NCBI GenBank assembly: GCA_049606355.1 | Contig: JBMYVL010000001.1 | Coordinates: 230,299 to 262,298, forward strand | Length of the DNA stretch: 32,000 nt | DNA from: Opitutales bacterium | GTDB lineage: Bacteria > Verrucomicrobiota > Verrucomicrobiia > Opitutales > Coraliomargaritaceae | Direction of reading: 5' to 3' | Part shown: positions 1 to 9,760 of the stretch, piece by piece | Numbering within the stretch: position 1 is the first letter of the stretch | How the letters are laid out: every line of letters starts with the position of its first letter | The notes under the pieces: generated by a model | What the model saw: only the letters and a program-made list of their open reading frames with translations | Told to the model about the DNA's origin: nothing | The model's database searches: none | Position numbers and translations under genes: made by a program

Positions 1-2124
1 GCTGTCTGCGCTGCACTCAGTTTAACCACACTATCTGCAGACCCCACTGAAGAGGTCTATCAACTCGAGGACTTTATCGTCTCTGCCGGCCCTCTGGCTC
101 GACCACTGAACGATTACGCCAGTCCTTTCACTGCACTCGACACCGAGGCCATCCAACGCAGCGGTGCCAACACGCTCGGTCAATTACTCGATGGGCAACC
201 CGGCGTCGCAGCCACCAGCTATGGTGCCGCAGCCAGTCGTCCCATTATCCGCGGCATGGACGGTCCGCGCGTCCGCATCCTCGAAGCGGGCCTCGGCTCA
301 CTCGATGTCTCGGAAACCAGCCCGGATCATGCCATCGCCATCGAACCCCTCTTAGTGGAACGCGTGGAAATCCTGCGTGGCCCCTCCGCGTTACTTTACG
401 GGGGCGCTGCAATCGGTGGGGTCGTCAATGTAATTAGCAAGGAGATCCCGCGCGAACCACTTGGCCCGAAGGGCTACGAAGGTGCCCTCGAAACACGCTA
501 TGACAGCGTTTCGGAGGGGAAAACCTATCTCGGTTATGGCGCCGTCGGCGGTGATAATTGGGCGCTCCGCGCAACCGGCCTCAGCCGCAAAGCGGACAAT
601 TACGAGATCCCCGGTGAGGCGGAACTCCACCACGACGACGGAGAAGCCGAAGAAGATCACGACGACCACGGCGAAGAAGCGCACGGCGCTACACTCGAAA
701 ACAGCTACGTGGAGAACGACTCCTTCTCAGTCGGCGGCACCTGGTTCTTTGGCGAGCAGAACTACCTCGGCGCCTCCTTCTCGAATTACGAAGCCTTCTA
801 CGGAGTGCCCGGCCACGCCCACCACGAAGAAGCGGAAGGTGGAGCCGAACCTGAAGAACACCATGAGGAAGGCGTCGCGATTGACCTGGAACGCCAGCGG
901 TTCGATCTTGAACTGGCACTCGTTGAACCAAGCAACTGGATCGAAGCCGCTCGCCTCCGCTTTGGCTACACCGATTACGCTCATGCGGAAGGTGCACATG
1001 CAGAAGGTGAACATGCAGAAGAAGCCGAAGGCGATGCTCATGGCGAGGAAGCGCATGGACCCACACGTTTTCTCCGCGAAGGTTGGGAGCTCCGTGCCGA
1101 GGCGACTCATAATGAATGGGGCATCTTCGACGAGGGAATCTTTGGTCTCGAAATCTCCAATGTCGATTTCGAAGCCACGGGAGAGGAAGTTGAAACTGAA
1201 ACTGGCGGCTTTGCCTTCGGACCGCCAAGCACCACGCAAACCCAGGCCGCATTCATCTCCGAACACATCCATCAGAATGATTGGAGTCTTGAATTGGGAG
1301 GACGCCTCGAAGCCCAACAAATCGAGACCACCGGTGCCGCCGATTATGACGACATCGCCTTCAGCCTTGCCGCTGGCCTAATCTACAGCTTAAACGCAGA
1401 AGATTCGCTCGCGCTTTCCCTCCAGCGCTCGCAACGCCATCCAAACTCAACGGAACTGCATGCACAAGGCCCCCACCTCGCAACTCGACAATATGAAAAC
1501 GGCGATGCGAGCCTTGGCCTTGAGACCGCTTACAGCCTCGATCTGAGCTATCGCCATCGCAGCAAGGAATGGAACAACACCTTTTCTGTTTTCTATACAC
1601 ACTGCGTGGACCATATTTACTCGAGCGCGACAGGAGCAACGGATGCCGCCTCCGGACTGGCGATTTATAATTATGGTGCCGCCGACTCGGTCTTCTATGG
1701 CTTTGAGGCAGAACTCGAGCGTCCACTCATTCAAACCGACCGCCTCCAAGTAAGCGCCGGCTTCTTGATGGACTTAGTCAAAGCAGAAAATACGGACACG
1801 AATGACAACCTGCCACGAATCCCGCCACTTCGTATCGGGGGTGAGCTACGGGTTGAATCGGGGCCATGGGAAGGCGGCGTGCTCGTCCGCCGCGTGTTTA
1901 AGCAAGATACGCTCGCACCTGAAGAAACGGAAACCGCTGCCTACACCGACTTGCAGCTGGATCTTGCCTACAACTTCGCCCTTGCGGGTGGTCCTGTGCT
2001 CAGTCTCTTCGCCGAAGCCGACAACCTGCTCGACGAAGACATCCGTCACCACACCTCCTTCCTGAAGGACCTCGCACCACTCCCAGGTCGCAACCTCACG
2101 CTGGGAGCGCGCCTGCAATTCTAA
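1..2124 (+). CDS. TonB-dependent outer-membrane receptor, ZnuD-like; 5' end lies outside the window
   Basis: Frame 1 is open from nt 1 (AVCAALSLTTLSADPTEEVYQLEDFIVSAGPLARP... looks like the end of a signal peptide plus the start of the plug). Plug-domain motif RGMDGPRVRILEAGLGSLDVSETSPDHAIAIEPLLVERVEILRGPSALLYGGAAIGGVVNV. Long barrel ending ...GRNLTLGARLQF, with the terminal aromatic residue typical of TBDRs. The ORF track only shows it from the internal Met at 256. Confidence 0.9.
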   Translation, partial: AVCAALSLTTLSADPTEEVYQLEDFIVSAGPLARPLNDYASPFTALDTEAIQRSGANTLGQLLDGQPGVAATSYGAAASRPIIRGMDGPRVRILEAGLGSLDVSETSPDHAIAIEPLLVERVEILRGPSALLYGGAAIGGVVNVISKEIPREPLGPKGYEGALETRYDSVSEGKTYLGYGAVGGDNWALRATGLSRKADNYEIPGEAELHHDDGEAEEDHDDHGEEAHGATLENSYVENDSFSVGGTWFFGEQNYLGASFSNYEAFYGVPGHAHHEEAEGGAEPEEHHEEGVAIDLERQRFDLELALVEPSNWIEAARLRFGYTDYAHAEGAHAEGEHAEEAEGDAHGEEAHGPTRFLREGWELRAEATHNEWGIFDEGIFGLEISNVDFEATGEEVETETGGFAFGPPSTTQTQAAFISEHIHQNDWSLELGGRLEAQQIETTGAADYDDIAFSLAAGLIYSLNAEDSLALSLQRSQRHPNSTELHAQGPHLATRQYENGDASLGLETAYSLDLSYRHRSKEWNNTFSVFYTHCVDHIYSSATGATDAASGLAIYNYGAADSVFYGFEAELERPLIQTDRLQVSAGFLMDLVKAENTDTNDNLPRIPPLRIGGELRVESGPWEGGVLVRRVFKQDTLAPEETETAAYTDLQLDLAYNFALAGGPVLSLFAEADNLLDEDIRHHTSFLKDLAPLPGRNLTLGARLQF
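628..1059 (+). other. Three His/Asp/Glu-rich insertions inside the receptor, putative metal-capturing loops
   Basis: HHDDGEAEEDHDDHGEEAHG (628-687), GHAHHEEAEGGAEPEEHHEEG (811-873) and HAEGAHAEGEHAEEAEGDAHGEEAHG (982-1059), read directly from frame 1. Confidence 0.6.
982..1026 (+). repeat. In-frame imperfect 15-bp tandem repeat x3 encoding HAEGA/HAEGE/HAEEA
   Basis: catgcggaaggtgca / catgcagaaggtgaa / catgcagaagaagcc are consecutive and in codon phase with the receptor CDS. Confidence 0.85.
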
Positions 2125-2148
2125 GCTCCACAAAACGGACGCTATTCA

Positions 2149-2180
2149 GGCGGGGCCCACAAAGGCCCCGCCTTTTTTGT
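2149..2180 (+). terminator. Rho-independent terminator of the TonB-dependent receptor gene
   Basis: Perfect 9-bp GC stem ggcggggcc (2149-2157) / ggccccgcc (2164-2172) with loop cacaaa, followed by tttttt (2173-2178). It lies 25 nt after the stop at 2122-2124. Confidence 0.85.
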
Positions 2181-2187
2181 TTCGGGA

Positions 2188-2655
2188 TTGCCCGTAAAAC
2201 GAAAGTCACTTTTGTTTAACTCTGTGTCCAAAGCCAGCACCCTACCCGAAATCCTAGACGCCCTCAAAGCCAGCGGTGCGCGTCTAACCAAAAAGCGGCA
2301 GCGCATCTTGGACGCCCTACTCAGCCTCGATCGCCCGGCGACCGCCGAAGAAATCCGCGAACGTGCCGAACTGCGGCCGACCGATCTGGTCACCGTCTAT
2401 CGCAACCTCGAAGCCTTTGAATCGATCCATGCACTACAACGGATCCCACTGGAAAACGGCACCCACCTGTTTGAACTAACGGCACCTGGAGAGCACTACC
2501 ATCACCTGATCTGCCGGAGTTGCCACAAAGCCGAACGGCTGGATGCCTGTATCGGCCATCAGCTGGAGGATAAGGCGAAGGCGAAAGGTTTTTCCCAAAT
2601 CGCACACGTGCTTGAGGTCTACGGGCTCTGCCGAGGCTGTGGCGCCAAGGCCTAA
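2188..2655 (+). CDS. Fur-family metalloregulator, Zur-like by context
   Basis: Winged-helix N-terminus (RLTKKRQRILDALLSLDRPATAEEI). Fur-type metal motifs HYHHLICRSCHKAERLD and a C-terminal CRGC. The maximal ORF starts at TTG 2188. GTG at 2224 (MSKASTLPEILDAL...) is an equally plausible or better start because it puts the palindrome upstream of the gene. Confidence 0.85.
   Translation: MPVKRKSLLFNSVSKASTLPEILDALKASGARLTKKRQRILDALLSLDRPATAEEIRERAELRPTDLVTVYRNLEAFESIHALQRIPLENGTHLFELTAPGEHYHHLICRSCHKAERLDACIGHQLEDKAKAKGFSQIAHVLEVYGLCRGCGAKA
2194..2220 (+). promoter_or_regulatory. 27-bp AT-rich imperfect palindrome, candidate operator (Fur-family autoregulation?) or RNA hairpin
   Basis: GTAAAACGAAAG-tca-CTTTTGTTTAAC. 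The arms are complementary at 10 of 12 positions by hand alignment. It ends 3 nt before the GTG at 2224. A third related word, CTTTTTTGTTTCG (2172-2184), overlaps the terminator T-tract. Confidence 0.35.
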
Positions 2656-3137
2656 TGCTCGTGCGTGCAGCGTGCTTGACGGCAGAGGCGATAATTCCGC
2701 ACATGCGCACTCGCCAAAAAGAAGCCACCCAGCACATTGATCCATACTGCCGCTCGTAAAGGCGCCTCGGAGACAGCCCCGGTACAATTGGGGCACACCA
2801 CGGAACAGCCCTCGGTCGACTGAAGCGTAGCAAATTGCTGACGTTCATACACGACCGCAGCCAACAACAGGCTCAGCCCAATCGCACTGATTGCCGCAGT
2901 CCACTTGTCCTTGTGCTTTCGGCAACCCATGCCGATCGCCATCGTGGTGGTCGGGATCACCAAAAACAGCATCCAGAGATGAAAATCCTGATGCACAAAC
3001 AAAGAAGTCGCGACAATCGGCAGCAAGACAATGATGAGCGGCATCAGCAAGCAATGCACCGCGCACACCGCAGCCATACTGATGGCCAGTTTGTCGAGCC
3101 AGCCGCGCGTCATACAGTTGTTGTGGGTCGTAGTCAT
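2652..3137 (-). CDS. MerC-family membrane protein with an extra Cys/His-rich C-terminal part
   Basis: MTTTHNNCMTRGWLDKLAISMAAVCAVHCLLMPLIIVLLP matches the MerC-type CxxHC transmembrane motif, and there are several TM segments. Later motifs are CSVVCPNC and a C-terminal CRQARCTHEH. ATG at 3137 is chosen over the ORF-track start at 3209. Its stop overlaps the stop of the convergent Fur-family gene. Confidence 0.7.
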   Translation of the reverse strand: MTTTHNNCMTRGWLDKLAISMAAVCAVHCLLMPLIIVLLPIVATSLFVHQDFHLWMLFLVIPTTTMAIGMGCRKHKDKWTAAISAIGLSLLLAAVVYERQQFATLQSTEGCSVVCPNCTGAVSEAPLRAAVWINVLGGFFLASAHVRNYRLCRQARCTHEH

Positions 3138-3158
3138 ACGAATTAAACGATACTTAAT

Positions 3159-3177
3159 GTAAAAGACTTTCGCTAAC
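3159..3177 (+). promoter_or_regulatory. Site related to the 2194-2220 palindrome in the merC-like/DUF5069 divergent region
   Basis: GTAAAAG-a-CTTTCGCTAAC. It shares the 8-mer CGAAAGTC (reverse strand of 3165-3172; 2200-2207 in the other site) and the word CTTTYG.TWAAC. It lies 22-40 nt upstream of the merC-like ATG. Confidence 0.25.
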
Positions 3178-3332
3178 AGCAAGCCCGATGTTACTTTTTC
3201 TCGACGCACGGCTCAGCCCTCAAATCCTGCCCAAAGCAGGCGAACCACTCAAGCATCCCTTGGCTTCCTCAGCCCTCGACTTTCCGCTTTTTAACCTTCC
3301 CACTCGCTGTCCTTCTTCATTTAACTTTCGCT

Positions 3333-3839
3333 ATGAGTGACCCAGACCTCGGCCCCACGGGTGCCATTTGCTTCGACCTGCCCTCTCCCTACCAGCCGCA
3401 CCCCTGCGGGCTGCTGCATCTGCCACGCTTTATTGCCAAATGCCGCAAGCACTTGAAGGGTGAATTGCCGAAATCCTACCAAAAGAATTTTTGCCGTGGC
3501 TTCGACCGCTTCCTGTGCCTACACCTCGGTGTGGATCCGCAACAAGTATTGGATGCGGTCGCAGCAGCGGGTGACGACGAGCTCGAGCTGGATCGCCTAC
3601 TCGCCGAATGCTTCCCCGAAGACTTAAACGTCGTCGCGTGGAACCGCGAAGTCGTGCGCAAGGGGCAAACCGACGCAGGTCGGGAGTTCCTCGCCGAATC
3701 GCTGACCAATATGGGCACGCCGGAAATGATCGGCACAATCGACAGCGTAATGGACATGATGGACTTTGATGAAGGCCGTATCCCCGGCTTTTCCGATGCG
3801 CAACGCGCAGCTTGGGAAAGGGCACAGAAAGGCCACTAA
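3333..3839 (+). CDS. DUF5069-like protein of unknown function
   Basis: The motif GLLHLPRFIAKCRKHLKGELPKSYQKNFCRGFDRFLCLHLGVDPQQV resembles, from my memory of the DUF5069 family, its hLPRxIDKxR...Y...C..D..ll core. No catalytic motif recognised. Confidence 0.55.
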   Translation: MSDPDLGPTGAICFDLPSPYQPHPCGLLHLPRFIAKCRKHLKGELPKSYQKNFCRGFDRFLCLHLGVDPQQVLDAVAAAGDDELELDRLLAECFPEDLNVVAWNREVVRKGQTDAGREFLAESLTNMGTPEMIGTIDSVMDMMDFDEGRIPGFSDAQRAAWERAQKGH

Positions 3840-3878
3840 GCCTTCAAGCTTGTCATACTGCCGGCTACTACAGCGAAC

Positions 3879-4907
<1,029 letters not shown>

Positions 4908-4915
4908 GAATCGTG

Positions 4916-4944
4916 TATAAAAGTCGGAAGGCTTGTTGGTGCAA
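4916..4944 (-). promoter_or_regulatory. Candidate sigma70-type promoter giving a near-leaderless transcript for the polyprenyl synthase
   Basis: In gene orientation: TTGCAC-N17-TTTATA-N8-ATG. This is a hand-made match only. Confidence 0.25.
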
Positions 4945-4992
4945 AGGAATACGACAGTTTTTGCCCTGCGGACGAGATAAGCCTGCTCGGGC

Positions 4993-5769
4993 TTAGCACC
5001 ATTGGCGCAGCGCCTCCAAGAACGCCGCTCGACCCTCGACGTGTACATTATGGCCCGCGTTCGGAATCGTGACTGCGTCCAATTTGGGGAAGCTGACGCG
5101 CATCGCTTGCGCATCTCCATCTACGATGAAGTCGGAGGTGCCCCCGCGCAGGAGCAGAGTCGGTCCTGCATAGCGCTGTCCTGGCTGCAAGGAGTTCTGG
5201 CGAATGTGCGGTAGGCTGGCGTGGAGGCCTTGTAAATTCATCTGCCAGCGAAAGCCCCCCGTCGCCTCATCCCGTACTAAATTCGTCAACAAAAACTGGC
5301 GCATCGCCCAGTTTGGCACCTGCGGCTCGAGTAATTGCTCGGCCTCCTTGCGACTGGCGAGTTCCGCGACCGCAATGGATTGCATCGCTCGAAATTCGGC
5401 ATCGTGATACGGCGGATAGGCTTTGGCGGCAATGTCCACAAGCACCAGGCGCTCGACGAGTTCAGGATACTCGCAGGCAAAACGCATCGCTATTTTACCG
5501 CCGAGACTATGCCCCATGAGGCGCACACTTTCGAGGCGCTGCGCCACCAGATACGCCTTTACATCCGCCACCAGTTCACTCCAACGCATCGACTCCGCAT
5601 GCGGGGATTGGCCGTGGTTGCGTAAATCCAGCAAGTGCACCGCGTAGTCTGCTTGGAGCGCCTTGGCAATCGTCGTCCAGTTGCGCGAGGCACCCAACAA
5701 ACCGTGCAGCACCACGACGACGGGCGCGCCGGGGTTTTCAAAGCGAAGAGCATGTAGCGGTAGAGCCAT
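4993..5769 (-). CDS. Alpha/beta-fold hydrolase, YbfF-like esterase
   Basis: Oxyanion HG (VVVLHGLLGASRNW), nucleophile elbow GHSLGG and C-terminal His (NAGHNVHVE). Overall collinear with E. coli YbfF as I recall it. Confidence 0.8.
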   Translation of the reverse strand: MALPLHALRFENPGAPVVVVLHGLLGASRNWTTIAKALQADYAVHLLDLRNHGQSPHAESMRWSELVADVKAYLVAQRLESVRLMGHSLGGKIAMRFACEYPELVERLVLVDIAAKAYPPYHDAEFRAMQSIAVAELASRKEAEQLLEPQVPNWAMRQFLLTNLVRDEATGGFRWQMNLQGLHASLPHIRQNSLQPGQRYAGPTLLLRGGTSDFIVDGDAQAMRVSFPKLDAVTIPNAGHNVHVEGRAAFLEALRQWC

Positions 5770-5855
5770 GGCCTACCAACAGATGCATACCCCGGCCGCC
5801 GATTCAATGCCCTGTTTATAAATCTCTGCGCATCAGTATTGATCTGCGAGGATGA

Positions 5856-8453
<2,598 letters not shown>

Positions 8454-8459
8454 GCCAAG

Positions 8460-9665
8460 CTAACACGCTTCGTTACTCGACTGCCGCAACAGGCCGAGCG
8501 TGAAGTACAGCAAGGGCAGCGCCGCCAAAGCGCTGAGGATGAGCCAAAAACTCAGCCAGCTACTCGCAGACTCCACCCGGACCTGATACAGCCATTCGCA
8601 CACAAAGGCACCGACGATTGCTGCGAGGTTGAACACCAGCAAACTGTACAGCGCTTGTGCTTGTCCCTGGAGTGTTTCGGGCACGCGCTTATCGAGGTAG
8701 ACCCGCCCCGCCACGGTGACAAAGGTATACACCGGACCGTGCAGCGCAATCCCTGCGTAAATAAGCAGCAGCGTGCCGGTTTCCGCACCGAACCCGAACA
8801 AGGCAAAGCGCAGTACCGCCAAGGACATCCCCCAAACCAAAAAACCGCGCATCCGAAAGCGGCCGGCCACCGCACTCAAAAACAGCATCGCCCCCACCTC
8901 GGCCGCCTGCCCAAAGGACATCGCTGCCGCCGGGTGCGTACTCCCGATTTTAGCTAAGAGCGTTGGTGCGATCATAAAGTGGGCGACACCGGGAATCGAC
9001 AGCAAGGCAGACGCAAGGTAGAAGCGCCGCAATTCCGGATCGCGCAACAAGCCGAAAGCTCGTAAGCCCAAGGCTGCCTGCCAACCGCGGCTGCTTCGAT
9101 CTTTAGGTGGGGTGGCCGGCAGCGTGAAGCACAACAGACTCATGCACACCCGAAACGCGACTGCCAGTTGGCCCGCTTGAGCCGAATAATCCAGCGCCAA
9201 CACGCTCACCAAAATACTGCCAGACAGCCAGCCGATAGTCCCGCACACCGAATACAGCGGGAAACTCTTCTCCGGATTCGGCAAGTTTGCCAATTTAACC
9301 TTCGTGATCAGCGGTATCATTGGCGCCGAAATCAAGTTGCCGAGACACTGAAACATCAGGAACCAGCTCGGATGCCAGCCCCACCGCAGCGAACTGAACG
9401 ACAGCCAGACAAACACCGCACCAGTGAGCCCCAAGCTGCCCAGCAAGCGCCCCGCATCCAGCTTACGATCCGATAGCGCGCTGAATAACAGCGCCGAAAA
9501 AATCCCAATACACGGCGTGAGCGCATAAAAATAGGGGAGCACCCAGCGCGCCTCGTAGCTTGCCAAAATATTGGGCAAGGAGGGCAACCACATCCCGGGC
9601 GGCAAAAGCATCAAAAACATAACGACGCCCATCATGTAGTGACGTTTGACTCCTCCAGCTCGCAT
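8460..9665 (-). CDS. MFS-type transporter, nucleoside:H+ symporter-like, substrate unknown
   Basis: About 400 aa and hydrophobic throughout, with about 12 predicted helices. MFS loop 2-3-like motif LSDRKLDAGRLLG. Confidence 0.7.
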   Translation of the reverse strand: MRAGGVKRHYMMGVVMFLMLLPPGMWLPSLPNILASYEARWVLPYFYALTPCIGIFSALLFSALSDRKLDAGRLLGSLGLTGAVFVWLSFSSLRWGWHPSWFLMFQCLGNLISAPMIPLITKVKLANLPNPEKSFPLYSVCGTIGWLSGSILVSVLALDYSAQAGQLAVAFRVCMSLLCFTLPATPPKDRSSRGWQAALGLRAFGLLRDPELRRFYLASALLSIPGVAHFMIAPTLLAKIGSTHPAAAMSFGQAAEVGAMLFLSAVAGRFRMRGFLVWGMSLAVLRFALFGFGAETGTLLLIYAGIALHGPVYTFVTVAGRVYLDKRVPETLQGQAQALYSLLVFNLAAIVGAFVCEWLYQVRVESASSWLSFWLILSALAALPLLYFTLGLLRQSSNEAC

Positions 9666-9760
9666 GTAAGCCGCTAGTTAAGCCGAGTCTGACTAAAAGC
9701 AAGGGTCGAAACGCTTTATCTTTGCAATAGTGAACATAATTACACCTTTATATTCTAACC

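Noticed and set aside
461-1381. 306-aa +2 frame ORF, and minus-strand ORFs at 689-1320, inside the TonB receptor gene
   Set aside because: They have low-complexity Lys/Arg/Ser/Thr/Pro composition generated by reading the GAA/GAC/CAC-rich receptor repeats out of frame. There is no independent support.
3188-3340. 50-codon small ORF (MLLFLDARLSPQILPKAGEPL...) in the merC-like/DUF5069 intergenic region, ending in ATGAGTGA overlap with the DUF5069 start
   Set aside because: Its composition simply reflects the polypyrimidine tract, with no start context or conservation evidence available. It could be a uORF, but that cannot be supported from sequence alone.
9721-9745. Possible LexA box near GAACA upstream of the Y-family polymerase
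   Set aside because: The partner half-site is absent: TGCAA sits where TGTTC is needed. The GTGAAC-ataa-TTACAC palindrome matches at only 4 of 6 positions, which is too weak to call.
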